Shown: positions 24,371 through 38,125, counted from the stretch's first letter. The stretch is DNA of 64,000 bases from Octopus bimaculoides (GCF_001194135.2 NC_068987.1:92067427-92131426), one strand, 5' to 3'. The notes: generated from the letters alone by a model not told the origin. Made by a program: numbers and translations.

Positions 24371-26665
24371 TGATAATAATGCTAATAATGGTAGAAGATC
24401 ATTATTTCTAAAATATTTCCCATCATCGAATCTATGATTTCGAAATTTTACAGGTGCAACGCTTATAAAACTTGCAAACTCTCTATTGAAACCCAATTTG
24501 TTATTTCATATTAAATATCGTTGATACAAATCGTTTAAAATATGTTTATAATAGTAAATCTTTACATGCAAATAGAGATGGGTTTCACTTAGTTATTTTC
24601 TGTTTCTGCAGCAGACAATCTTTTACATATGGATTATTCTTATTCTTTCGCGATACTGGGAAGTTTTACAAGTGAATATATTGGCACATATTTTGTTGAT
24701 CACTGATCGATGGAAGACACAGACAATCTTGTCGGGATTCGAGCTCATAACTTAAAAACATCTACCTCTATGCTATCCAACATTTTGTTTGTTGCTCTAC
24801 AGATTCTGCAACAGAATTCCCTGCAAATGCGTTGTAATAAGAATAGTTTAGAATAAGGTAGTGGCACTACTAAACTTGTATGGAGACTTCATTTCTTACA
24901 TCAGCCAGTGATTTCTTCATATGTTTATTCAGAGTTTAAGGATTCATAGCAGGAAGATGACTCCCACAAATCAAAAGAATATTATAAATGCGAAGTTATT
25001 ATTCTTCAAAGATAAGAATGAAAACAATAACAAAATCGTGTTACATATGGAAAAAAAAATCAGATTCAGGGCATCTGTAAAAGGTAGAGTCGAGTTGTTT
25101 ACTCTTAGTCAAATGAAAACATCATCGTTTCTAAATATCCTTACCTGTTACCTGAAATTTATTCTTGATATATTATCAATTTCATCGACTGCTGAAGGGA
25201 AATACTTCACGCAACCGCTGCTCCCTTAATATGTGAGTGGTCCTTAATTGATCAAAATTCCCAAATAAATGATATGAAATAAACAATATAGCGTCTGGAA
25301 ATCTTAAGATTGAGGAATGCATAACTGTACGTATTTAAACAGCATTCTACTATTTCTACTGCGTTAGCAACTTTGTGTATTTTGTGGATTTCTAGAGAAT
25401 ATATTCCACAGTTGATTCCCTGATCTAAAACCCAATATAATACATAACGTTTAAATTTTATGATGCTGTAAGTCATGTTTCTTTTTTCAAAACGAAAGTA
25501 TGTTTTGGGCGTTCGAAATACGAATATTCATAAATTAGCAGTATTGACTATAGAACATACATTGAATAAATGATATCGTTTTTAAAGATGAAAACAATAA
25601 CGGTTTTAAAGCAGGAAAACATATCATACAATTTGATATTCAAGTGTACTTCATTATTTATTACAATAACGTATATACTGGTTTCAAATTACATCAATCC
25701 AAGCGATGAGCTAAAACTTATCTTATGGACCCAGATCAGAAGAATGGTAGAGTTGACTTCGGTAGAATTTGAACATAGAATATAAAGATGGACGACGACA
25801 GAACGAGTATAAATTATAGATTAAAAAGGTAACAGTGTGGGTATAATAATGTATAAAATGTCCAGTATATTTCTAGGATTTAGTATTATGTATTATTATT
25901 TCGGCAAATGTCAAAATTGTTAGCGTTCCTATCGAAATACTAAGTACTGCCGTGTAGTTAAGTCTGTTCAGCTTCTGATCTCGAATCATGCCAGGATCAG
26001 CATTTAGACGTATACAGGCGGCAGTTCAAATCAACTTGAATCTTTGTAAACCTATGACTATTTGAGAAGCCAATATTTCAGAATGACTGCCTAATAAATG
26101 CCACTTATCCAGTGATAGATATNNNNNNNNNNNNNNNNNNNNNNNNNNNNNNNNNNNNNNNNNNNNNNNNNNNNNNNNNNNNNNNNNNNNNNNNNNNNNN
26201 NNNNNNNNNNNNNNNNNNNNNNNNNNNNNNNNNNNNNNNNNNNNNNNNNNNNNNNNNNNNNNNNNNNNNNNNNNNNNNNNNNNNNNNNNNNNNNNNNNNN
26301 NNNNNNNNNNNNNNNNNNNNNNNNNNNNNNNNNNNNNNNNNNNNNNNNNNNNNNNNNNNNNNNNNNNNNNNNNNNNNNNNNNNNNNNNNNNNNNNNNNNN
26401 NNNNNNNNNNNNNNNNNNNNNNNNNNNNNNNNNNNNNNNNNNNNNNNNNNNNNNNNNNNNNNNNNNNNNNNNNNNNNNNNNNNNNNNNNNNNNNNNNNNN
26501 NNNNNNNNNNNNNNNNNNNNNNNNNNNNNNNNNNNNNNNNNNNNNNNNNNNNNNNNNNNNNNNNNNNNNNNNNNNNNNNNNNNNNNNNNNNNNNNNNNNN
26601 NNNNNNNNNNNNNNNNNNNNNNNNNNNNNNNNNNNNNNNNNNNNNNNNNNNNNNNNNNNNNNNNN

Positions 26666-26703
<38 letters not shown>

Positions 26704-26789
26704 AGTGTGTGTGTGTTTGTGTGTTCGTGTGTGTATCTGTATATGAACTTTAGGTTAGTTAGAATATATCACAAACATATTTTAATTAG

Positions 26790-27632
26790 CCCAAAGTTCG
26801 TTTATTCTTAATCACTATCCGGCGCTATTTTTGCGAAGGGGTCCTTCATTGGACCATGCAAAGGAAACAAAATCGGTCAGTGTTCTATCTAGGCTGAACG
26901 GTGGATAGGGGACAACTGAGCAGCCTAAATTGCAAATAGCTTCCAAAGATGTGTATGGCTTCGCAATATCTTCGTCGATGTGGCTTTTCAGTTTTTTCAT
27001 TGGTCATTTTATTTAATAGGCTTCTCTAATTTATCTAAGTGCGTCGGTGTACTGTTCGGTCTTTCAGCCATGTTCCTGAAAATCTAAAAGAAGGACATCT
27101 TTGCCGTTACGAAAATCATTGTGATTATCCTTGGATTTTGAGCATCTTAAGCTTTAGAGAAAAGAGGTGACGAAATATTCTTTGGACTCAGATTTTGCTT
27201 CCAGAGACTAATGTCCACGTCCTATCTGTGACCAGATTACTTCATTGACTTCTAACGCTTGTAGCAGATCAAAACATATTTCTACTCCTCACTTCTTCAA
27301 TTCAGGTATCAACCGTCGAGTTATTCATTGCTTACACACCACCTGATGTTCTTCCACCCGCTTCTATAATGCACAAAGTCCACTTATGCAGTACTCTCAC
27401 GTTCATCTCAATGAATTCGTCCGTGTGCTGATGATTCGCATCGTAGTCGCAGTTAGTATTATCTTCCACTGCATAGCTCGTCTTCAATGCTGGTTTCTTT
27501 CTTTTAAAATTCTTTATCCATCAGTGCATATTGTTCTTGGCAATCTATGTAAATAACATGGAGTCTCTGGATATCGGACAGCTTGCACTTGTTCTTGCTG
27601 GAGAGCACAATGATTATGCGTTGTTTGTACAT
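26790..27632 (-). pseudogene. Decayed mariner (Tc1/mariner) transposase
   Basis: Frameshifted segments ETSIEDE..SGR, LVTDRTW (IVTGDETW-like), GKDVLLLDFQEHG, DIAKPYTS (DNARPH-like), PYPPFSLD..TDF (HPPYSPDLAPSDF-like), GPMKD.LR. Confidence 0.75.
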
Positions 27633-27723
27633 AGAATACATTATTTGTCCGCAGAAAAAGGACAAGAAGACAAGTTATGATTGTGGAAGTGTAACTCTAA
27701 CAAACCGTGGAATTTAAACCATC

Positions 27724-27890
27724 GAGTTTTATATTTAAGAGATGAGGAATTATGTACATTATTTACATTATTTACATTTGACGGATATTTATCCACATCT
27801 TGTTTGTTGTTAACACAACGTTTTGGCTGATATACCCTCCAGCCTTCATCGGGTGTCTTGGGGAAATTTCGAACCTGGGCTCTCGTTCCT
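27724..27890 (-). mobile_element. Family E tail with a mutated hammerhead (27812-27857)
   Basis: Matches the other tails; core reads CCGATGA and AAAACGTT (U4C and G12A substitutions). Confidence 0.85.
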
Positions 27891-28766
27891 AGAACCAGTT
27901 TCTACTGAAACAAATAAATGATTAAAAAAATGGCAACGTATCCACATACAGAATCTAAACATTCAATTTCCTCCATATTCTAGAGAAATAAAAGAATAAG
28001 TTAAACAAATATTGCAATAATTAACTGAGATATGTAATGAATTTTGGTTTTAATAACTAAATTGTATTTTAATACCTCATTATTAGACTTCGAACAAAGT
28101 GTTATATTGTTCAATTATAAAACAGTAAGTAAGGAAAGAAAATTTTTATTCCACACAATATATTCCAGCGTTTTAAATATAATTATATAAAACTTATAGA
28201 AATACATATAAAAAATACATTTATTGAAACCAATGCAGTATTTATTTTAAATGTTGAAAATTACAATATATAATTTTATTACGAGAAGTATTAAAAACTT
28301 AAAATATATTTAATATAATATAAACAGTTCGGAAAGAAAACATTTAAGTTCGTTATAAAAACAAATACAAAATTATAGAAATACAACTTTTTATTTTTCC
28401 CCTTACACCACAAATTCTGTTATATAAAACAACCGGAAATCAATCAATGATAATGTTCAATGTATTAATAAGTGATGTGATTAAATGATTGCAGTGTTTT
28501 TTTTTTTTCAGATTGTGGTGGATGTCTGCCTTTCTATTTACTGGATGTAGTCATAGAATTTTATGAAAAATTATTCAATATACGCATAACTAGACAAAAT
28601 GTAGAAAAAATTCGCTGACATGTTTTTTTCGAAATTTGAGTGTTGCAAAGATGCTTGCAATGTAATGGTATGAAAATTCCTTATTAATCAGACCCGCACA
28701 AAAGCAATCCCTGAATATATGTATATATGTGTGTGCGTGAGCATGTGCACGTCTATTTGTGTGTGT

Positions 28767-28850
<84 letters not shown>

Positions 28851-28959
28851 CTAATTTTCAAGTTTACGGCTTCAGATGACGGGATTATTTCATTTATAAT
28901 AAGAGGTTATGAATCCATCGAGGATGTTAGTGTTACATTTTTGATACTGCTTAGCACAT

Positions 28960-29300
28960 ACGAAAACTTCAAATACAAGTCACAATTCCTAAATTGTACA
29001 CTGATTTTCCTAACTTCAATTTTCTCTGCTTTAAGGATCCCCGATTCTCCAGAGTCTTCAACATGATGGTGCACGGGACAGTCACTATGTGCAATATTCT
29101 GCCTCCTTTGATCAAACATGAAACACTCTCACATGAGATCATTGCAATGTAAATATGCTTGTGTGAAGGAACTTTTTCCACCAGAAGCTTGAAGGAATAT
29201 ATTTGTCTCATGTCAGATATCACAAGTTGTTTGGTTCTTCAATGGATTTATTTTTTTTGCTGGACGCAAGCATAAGGTATTTTGTAGAAAGAGACTCTAT
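28960..29300 (-). pseudogene. Probable Helitron PIF1-type helicase remnant
   Basis: Frameshifted IFLQASGGKSSF (FLDAPGGTGKTF-like Walker A) followed by IAMISCESVSCLIKGGRILH (IAVASSGIAATLLxGGRTAH-like). Confidence 0.5.
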
Positions 29301-29809
29301 TACTTATTGAATGCTACATTTGATTGCCTGAAAAATCTATCGACTGAGAGCTGAAGCAGCATTTCTTATTGGAGCTGGCAGTTAGAAGCTTGCAAAATAT
29401 TTGCCAGGCATCGATTTTACAATACTTACAACGGGGATCAATATTTGTTGCACATGCCAGAGTTATACATCAGTTGTGTTCTTTTTTACTCAAGCGATTA
29501 TTGATTAAATCCTTTGAAATCCAGTTCTAAAAGTTTTATATCGAAAATGTTGATGACTGAATGAGATTAGAAAACGATATTAAACTTTGCACTGGTCAAC
29601 ATTTTATTCCACGAGGCATAATTTGTGGAAAGCCTTGAAATATTATGCATAATTATGCAGAGAAAATGTTTGGCATGTGTCTGAAATATGCATTTCATGT
29701 AGAATGATTTAGAGTTAATGTACATTATTAAAATTAATTACAAAGTTAATTATAAATTAATTATAAAATGTATTAGTTAAATATTTCTTTAACTATTTCA
29801 CTTAAATAT

Positions 29810-30177
29810 TTCTCTTAACAGTTTCAGTCATTATGGAGCACTGCCTTGAATTTGTAGACAAATGAATCGAACATTTTATTTATTGTGTTCAGCCTGGAAT
29901 TATTCTATCGATCTCATTCACCGAACCACTAAGTTACAGGATGTAAAAGCACCAACGCTGGTTGTCAAGCGGTGGTGGGAGACAGAGAACAAATACTCAC
30001 ACACAAGCACACACACACACGTACATATATGTGCATGTATATGAGAGACTTCTTTCAGTTTCCATCTATCAAATCCACTCACAACACTGTAGTCGCCCCG
30101 ACGCTATAGTAGAATGCACTTGCCTTAGATGCTACAAGGAATATGAGACTGGAAGCAAACTTGCTACCACACAGCCA
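29810..30177 (-). mobile_element. Family A SINE, diverged, near full length
   Basis: GTTTCAGTCATT.TGGAGCACTGCC...CCGAACCACTAAGTTAC...CTTCTTTCAGTTTCC...TACCACACAGCCA. Confidence 0.8.
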
Positions 30178-30578
30178 AGTCTCCCGATATACCCATTTCT
30201 CACTCTCTCTCTGCATATATATATATATATATATANNNNNNNNNNNNNNNNNNNNNNNNNNNNNNNNNNNNNNNNNNNNNNNNNNNNNNNNNNNNNNNNN
30301 NNNNNNNNNNNNNNNNNNNNNNNNNNNNNNNNNNNNNNNNNNNNNNNNNNNNNNNNNNNNNNNNNNNNNNNNNNNNNNNNNNNNNNNNNNNNNNNNNNNN
30401 NNNNNNNNNNNNNNNNNNNNNNNNNNNNNNNNNNNNNNNNNNNNNNNNNNNNNNNNNNNNNNNNNNNNNNNNNNNNNNNNNNNNNNNNNNNNNNNNNNNN
30501 NNNNNNNNNNNNNNNNNNNNNNNNNNNNNNNNNNNNNNNNNNNNNNNNNNNNNNNNNNNNNNNNNNNNNNNNNNNNNN

Positions 30579-30618
<40 letters not shown>

Positions 30619-30659
30619 TGTTAAACGTATATATAATATAATATACACATATAATATAA

Positions 30660-30760
30660 TGAAAGGCAAATACGGCCTCAACGGAATTTCATACCCGAAC
30701 GTACAGGTGGGCGAAAGGCCACACAGCATTTTGTCTGGCGTGCTAACACTTTAACTAGCA
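30660..30760 (-). mobile_element. Family B 5' remnant
   Basis: GAAAGGCAAA...CGGAATTT...CATTTTGTCTGGCGTGCTAAC. Confidence 0.55.
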
Positions 30761-33131
30761 GGATTACATTATATATACACATATACATAGCTGAAATTTA
30801 TAGAAAAAACAAAGGACGAGGGCATGTGTATGAAGAACAAGCACACACAATGCAGGCACGAGTATTTACATTGAAATGCTGTTATTATCAAAATCTTATT
30901 TTCAAATATTATTCCGTTGTTTCTACTGTGGTAGATAGTAATATAGATACATCACTTCGTTTTGTTACGGGTAAATTCATTTTACGCCAAAAACATTCAG
31001 CTATTATGATCCAACAAGCGAACAATATATTTTATGCAAATTGAGATTTATTCATCAATTATTAAAATATAACAAAAGAATAATATCTGAATATTTTAGA
31101 AGTAAAAACATATCTATGCCTGAAATATTGAACAGATGTTAATTTCAATTCCTTAGTTAGACAAAAATAATTATAAGACAACATTATTTTTAAAACTAAA
31201 TATAATTGAAAACGATGTAAATGATATGGCAGTAGTTTTTGAGTTGTCGATAAATTGGCTTAGTAAAGTTTATTACTCGCCGATATTAAATATGAATACT
31301 GAAAGAAAGGATATCATTACTATTATTCAAAAGTGTCGTAAGTCCAAAACGTTGCTTTTTTAAAAAGACAAAAAAAGAAATAGTTTAACCATTCCATAGC
31401 AAAACCGTTGTACTATAATTTGACAATTTTTGATATCTTGGCATTTGAAACAGCTGTAGATACGATAGTTTGACCAAGCAAAAATAAATTTTAGAAAAGA
31501 AAAAAAAGACGCATTTGGCCAAATTTGTACATATGACAGTTTAACATAATAGCGACTATATATTTCCAAAACGAAGAAATGGCGTCAATGTCGCTTAAGT
31601 CATTGAGCTCTGGGAATTATTTTCTATTTAATGTAAGCTGGTAGGTCCTCTTCACAGGTCTGTGTCCTTGTTGCAATACCAGGAACTATTCTAATTGTTG
31701 CTTACAGACTCATAATATCCCGTTGATTAAATAAGCGACCTTCTGTTTGACCGATGTACTCAAGTTAGCAACGACACCTGGCCATGATATGCTAAAATAA
31801 TTGATAATGTAGTTCTACATACACTATTTCTGAAACAAAAGACTGGATGGTCATAGCTAGAATACTGTTGTGAAAAGTCTATATTTTGAATAAAAACATA
31901 AAAAACGCCACCAACCCGACTCCCTCATAAATACTCTTTCCTCGTAGATTCCAGTGATTAGAAAATAAATATTTAGGTGCATATTTATATTTTGCACACA
32001 TTCCGATTAACACAAAAATGTAAATATAATGGGCAAATACATTAAAAGAATCAATAAAAATATGAATTAATAAATACTTGAAAATATTGTAATTGAGTTT
32101 ACGTTAATATAGAATAAAGTAGAAGAGAAAGACTGATTAACGTTATAGACAGTATGAAGGAAGAAAAGCAATAAAACTGAAGCCACTGCGAATAGAGTTA
32201 GAAGGTTGCTGAATAAATATAAAAAATAATAACGTAACAAATTTAAAAATAATAAAAAGCTTATCAGTTTTGAAAAGTAATAAAAGCAGACGAGTAAATT
32301 TGTTCTCAACTTGTATTAATGAGTGAAATCAAAATTTAAGAGAAAGTTGTAAGCGTGTTTGTGGCTGGAAAATGTCCACAGCGCTATGAGTTTGTGTTTT
32401 GTTTTGTTTTGTGTGTGCGTGTGAGCGTGTGTGTGTGTGTGCGTGTGTGTGTGTGTGTGTGCGTGTCTGTGTCTGTGTGCTGCATGTATGGATGTGAATA
32501 CACACATATACATATTTTAAATGTCCACCTATGCAAAAATATTACGCTATTAACGTATATATATATATATATATATATATATACGTGTGTATATATATAT
32601 ATATACATACATATATACATACATATATTTATGTATATGTATGTATATATGTCTATATTATGTATATACATATGTGTGTGAGTATATATATACGTATATG
32701 TGTATACTCTAGAACTCTAGAACTAGAATATATGCGTAAGTGTGTGTGCATCTTGAAATGTGTAATGTGTAGCGGCCTGTGAGTTATTGGGTAACGAAGA
32801 AATGACAAAGCAATTAGCGAAATGGTGTTACAGACGTCCATCAATCCTTCGTGAGAAGCTTGAAGTTTATAAACGCACGTTTGACCTTTTAATCTCCTCT
32901 GCGAAACATTCGTCCAAGATGTACTTCTGATCCCTGGCGTAAAATTAGATAAGTGAACTAAAGCTAAGAGCTTGCTTGATTAACAAGACAGGAAAATAAA
33001 TAAATAAATAAACTAAAAAATAGAAAACGGAAAAATAAGACAGCAGTAACAAAAAAGACAAAATGAAATGTCTTTTAGGGAATTAAGTAAGGAAGTTCTT
33101 TAAAAACGATGGAACTAAATAATAAAAATAG

Positions 33132-33342
33132 TACTTTTTACTATAGACACAAAGGCCTGAGTATTTTTGTTGGGGTGAGCTTGTCGTTTACATCGATCCC
33201 AGTGTATAACTAGTACTTAATTTATCGTCCTGAAATGATAAAATTCGACCACGGCGGAATTTGAACTCAGAACGTAAAGACAGACGAAGTGCCGCCAAAC
33301 ATGTTTCCCGGTATGCTAACGATTTTGCGATCTCGCCGCCTA
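33132..33342 (-). mobile_element. Family B SINE
   Basis: CGGCGGAATTTGAACTCAGAACGTAAAGACAGACGAA...GCTAACGATT...CTCGCCGCC. Confidence 0.85.
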
Positions 33343-33404
33343 AAGAACAACAACACCAATAACAATAACAGCAACAACAATAATAATACTACTAATAATA
33401 ATTA

Positions 33405-33594
33405 TGACTACGAGCGCAGATCTGTGTGCTTTGGGTATGTGCTGTGGTTTGCTGTGGTGCTCTTATGTTTACTGTATTGAAAGTGTTTTGCGTAGAATGT
33501 GTGCAGTACCCAGTAGTGCAATTTTCTGTATGTTATATATATTTGTAAGTCCTGATGTTTTTGTTATGTATTTGTCTGAATATTTTTGTATCAT
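33405..33594 (-). mobile_element. 5'-truncated RLE LINE (Dong/R4-like) 3' end inserted in (TAA)n
   Basis: ORF MIQKYSDKYITKTSGLTNIYNIQKIALLGTAHILRKTLSIQ* carries the IQKxxLLGTAxILRKxL RLE C-terminus; short 3' UTR; (TAA)n on both sides of the sense strand. Confidence 0.8.
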
Positions 33595-33635
33595 ATTATT
33601 ATTATTATTATTATTATTATAATTATTATTATTAA

Positions 33636-33960
33636 TGCAGCAAGCTGGTGGAATCGTTAACACGCTGAACGAAATGCTTAGCGGTATTTCACCCGCCGCT
33701 ACGCTCTGAGTTCAAATTCCACCGAGGTCGAATTTGTGTTTTATCTTTTCGGGGTCGATAAATTAAGTACCAGTGAAACAATGGGTCGATGTAATCGACA
33801 AGCCCACCCCAACAAAAATATTCAGGCCTTTGTGTCTATTGTAAAAAGTACTATTTTTATTATTTAGTTCCATCGTTTTTAAAGAACTTCCTTACTTAAT
33901 TCGCTAAAAGACATTTCAAATTTGAGGCCTTGTGCCTCCAGTAGAAAGGATCATTATTAT
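33636..33960 (+). mobile_element. Family B SINE whose tail is interrupted by a 123-bp inverted templated segment
   Basis: Head and central domain at 33636-33795; 33796-33918 is the reverse complement of 33064-33186; a canonical tail AAATTTGAGGCCTTGTGCCTCCAGTAGAAAGGATCATTATT resumes at about 33918. Confidence 0.8.
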
Positions 33961-34500
33961 TATTATTATTATTATTGTTGTTGTTGTTGTTGTTGTTGTT
34001 ATTATCATCATCATCATTGCTCTCGATGTTGTTCTTGTCGCATTTAGCAATATGTAAAGTAGATTTTGTGTTGGTATAAAATAAACAGTGAAAATGTTGG
34101 CATTCAGCCTGTGGATCGGATGAATGTGAAGCTATTGAATTATGGGAGACTTTTGTGCGGGTGAGGGATATCGTTTTATCAATGATTAATCATCACGTAA
34201 CTTGCAGAGAGTTGAAGTTGGCCAAATGAACACAAGGTGTGCATGAATGAAATGCTTGAGCGTCCAGTCGTTAGGTCAGTTCATATTTGGCATCCCGTCA
34301 CTGGCTATCTGATGTATCTCTAGGCAAATCTCTATAATCTCGATGACCGGACTCTTATAGACTGAGAATAAGTAAAATAAAGAAATTGCAGGTCATTGCT
34401 GTAGACAGGCTGAGGTCTCTCAAGTCAGCCACACGCCCACACGCTGTGCAGGAGTGCAAACAAACATATTCACATACACATAGACATACATACATTATAT

Positions 34501-34547
<47 letters not shown>

Positions 34548-35834
34548 GTACGTGTGCATGTATATAATATGCATGTATGAATGTATGTATGTATGCATGT
34601 ATGAGTCTTGGAATAGTTTTATCAGACTCAATGGCCACTACTTCCATAATTGTACTTAAATTTTACCCTTCTCTTGCCTAGTAATTAATATGATTAACAC
34701 AAACGAAGTCTTTGTGCCATTTCGTGTGTGATATCAATTGATTAAAAATCACTTTTGGCTCCCAACATCGAGTATGTTAAAACATAATCAACTCTATGTA
34801 CTTTAAGGAGTAGATTAGCCTTGGAAAATTTCCCATATACACAAATACTAACACACACATACATGCATATATACATACATATGTATATACCTAGGCATAT
34901 ACATATATAAATGTGAGCTCGCGCAAACACATACACACACGATAAATACATACATGAATGCATGCATACATACAGGTACACAAGTATATATATACGTATT
35001 TTATTATATATATATATTTATATACACACACGTTATTGACTCAAAACCTTTAATGACGAGCTCAAATAACATTTTCCTCTGTCCAATTTATACGTTCACG
35101 TGTAGATCTATTTTATACGCAAGTAATTGTCCATTATTCATAAGCTTACACGCACATACACAGACACATATCATATATATAATATATATGATATATATAT
35201 ATATATATATTTATACATAGGCACACACGCACATACATATNNNNNNNNNNNNNNNNNNNNNNNNNNNNNNNNNNNNNNNNNNNNNNNNNNNNNNNNNNNN
35301 NNNNNNNNNNNNNNNNNNNNNNNNNNNNNNNNNNNNNNNNNNNNNNNNNNNNNNNNNNNNNNNNNNNNNNNNNNNNNNNNNNNNNNNNNNNNNNNNNNNN
35401 NNNNNNNNNNNNNNNNNNNNNNNNNNNNNNNNNNNNNNNNNNNNNNNNNNNNNNNNNNNNNNNNNNNNNNNNNNNNNNNNNNNNNNNNNNNNNNNNNNNN
35501 NNNNNNNNNNNNNNNNNNNNNNNNNNNNNNNNNNNNNNNNNNNNNNNNNNNNNNNNNNNNNNNNNNNNNNNNNNNNNNNNNNNNNNNNNNNNNNNNNNNN
35601 NNNNNNNNNNNNNNNNNNNNNNNNNNNNNNNNNNNNNNNNNNNNNNNNNNNNNNNNNNNNNNNNNNNNNNNNNNNNNNNNNNNNNNNNNNNNNNNNNNNN
35701 NNNNNNNNNNNNNNNNNNNNNNNNNNNNNNNNNNNNNNNNNNNNNNNNNNNNNNNNNNNNNNNNNNNNNNNNNNNNNNNNNNNNNNNNNNNNNNNNNNNN
35801 NNNNNNNNNNNNNNNNNNNNCCCCCACATATATA

Positions 35835-36125
35835 TATGACTTTATATACCTTGATTCCAGCAAAGCATTTGATAGGGTGAACCACAAGATCCTGCTGAAG
35901 AAACTGTCCAGCATTGGAGTCCGTGGAAAGCTGCTGCAGTGGATAAAGTGTTTCCTGACGAACAGGACCCCACATGCTGTGTGTCAGGGAATACGATCCA
36001 GCTCAGCCAAAGTCAGTAGTGGTGTCCCACAAGGCACTGTGTTGGACCCACTCCTCTTGATTACCTAGATCAATGACATAGTAGACATCATCAAACAATC
36101 TACATTGAAAATCTTTGCAGATGAT
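35835..36125 (+). mobile_element. Non-LTR retrotransposon reverse transcriptase fragment (CR1/L2/Jockey group)
   Basis: YLDSSKAFDRVNHKILLKKL...SGVPQGTVLDPLLLIT*INDI...LKIFADD; in-frame stop, truncated at both ends. Confidence 0.9.
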
Positions 36126-36391
36126 TTCTTGAAATTCTTTTAACTCATTAAATCCTTTAATTATGATTGCAATGGCTAGTTGATGACATTGTCCAAGATT
36201 ATAGTAAGTTGATTACATTTTATACGTATTCTTCATGTTCATACATTAAACCTTATATTAGTCTCAGATTGTATGGAGTACATCAGCGACATCATCAAAT
36301 CTTGGACACTACGATGAGTCCTGGGACAAGTGGGACTGCTTATCCGGGTTCCAGAGCGTGGAAGTGACCGACATCACAACATTCTAAGGTG

Positions 36392-36538
36392 TGGTTACTT
36401 ATTTACAGCTAGGTGGACAGGGGCCTCGTGAGGTGAAGTGTTTTGCTCAAGAACGCAACTTAGCGTCATGTTGGGGATTCGAAATTACGATCTTCTGATC
36501 GCGAGTGCAATACTCTGACCACTCGGCCTCGCACCTTC
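36392..36538 (-). mobile_element. Family D SINE 5' half
   Basis: TTTACAGCTAGGTGGACAG...GAAGTGTTTTGCTCAAGAACGCAAC...GGATTCGAA...ACCACTCGGCC.CGCACCTTC. Confidence 0.7.
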
Positions 36539-38096
36539 AATAGAGTTCTCTGCTTTACTAAACACTTTCTTTGAATCATTTCCCCTGATAAATTACCTAA
36601 GTGGCAGGATTAGAACAGTTTAAGAATTTCAGATTTCACTATCATATAAAATAACCGGCACGCCCGTTTAAATCTTCTATACTGGGCAAATTATCATTTG
36701 AATAAAAGCACTAAACATATTTTCTTTTCGGATATGACATCAATCTCTAATTTCCTATGGATTACAGCAGTAATTTTGTTTTTCATCATTCCCCACCTCT
36801 TTCATTTATCGTTGATAAACCATCTTGTTTAAAAAGATGTTCAAAAGTAATGAATTTATTTTGAAAGTCATAACAGTTACGTCTTGTATTAAAGAAATAA
36901 TTTTCACTCACATTTCCCATAATTTTTGTATATTGTCGAAATATCGGCGTAAACACCGTAGACGCAGCAAGAGATAATTATCGCGTTTCAGATGTTGTTC
37001 AAATATGTTTAAAATATCCTTTAGATTCTTTGATTCCAGCATTTCTACAAGCTTCTCTTATGATGATTCCTGCCGACTTATCAGTTATATAGACAATCTT
37101 TTATAGAAATAACCGAGTGAAAAATATTGCTGAATTAAAAGCAGTAAGGCACTTAATGTATTAAATTATATACAGAATTATTTTAAAATAGTCTTGTACT
37201 CCTTTAGCTACATACAAATATTCCTTATTCACGTCTCCCAGTCTGGAGAACCATGAATAAGAAATATATGGATTTATGGATATAAAACCATGAGTAAAAA
37301 ACGAGCGGAAAACAAGTTGAAAGAGAAACAAAATTAAGACACAGTATCGCGGCAGTTGGCCTGGAAAATCTGTTTGGGAACTTAATGATGAGGTGGTAAC
37401 CATTACTGACATAACAAAGTTTGAAGAATATCTGAAATTCTGTACAATGATATAATATATGTAGGTCTATTTCTCTCGTGTTCTTAGCTATCTTTTACCT
37501 ACTTGAAAAGAAATAATTTATTTGTTTCAGTTACTGTGCTTCAGATATACAGGGATACTGTCTCGAAATACAAAAGTTATAGACAATCTATTATAGGAGT
37601 CGGTGCGTCAGTTCTTAACCCAACGTGTTTCTCCCAGCTAAAGGGGAAAAAAAGCGAACGTGAATACATACTTAAAAGAAATTTGGAAATGAGTAGCATC
37701 AATGAATATGAATGCAACTCTTTTGAGGATAAGCCTCAATCACAAGAAGCGATGGAGTGCCTATGATGGAGCTTAACGCTGCAACGTAGAAGTTCAAATG
37801 TTGAACGATATATATAAGCAAAGTAATAAGGAATTAAACACACAACACCTCATTTACAGAAGTACAGTGCTAATGGATAAAGAACCACAGAGTCGATCCC
37901 GGGTTTATACACATATACACAAGCACACAATATGTGTAAGTATGTGAGTATGTGTTTTTGAAGAGAAAAATGAGAGATAGAGAAAGAGAGAGGTAGAAAA
38001 GACAAATATGGAGAAAGAATGTTCGGTTTCCCTGATTTTCCTCACTAAAAATTACTGACCTCTATAATCTACACGCCGATTGGAAACAACCATAAA

Positions 38097-38125
38097 TTCT
38101 TCTTCTTCTTCTTCTTCTTCTTCTT

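Noticed and set aside
36930-37100. Minus-strand peptide REACRNAGIKESKGYFKHI*TTSETR resembling a tyrosine-recombinase (Crypton) box
   Set aside because: The similarity is short and motif spacing does not fit; needs an HMM search.
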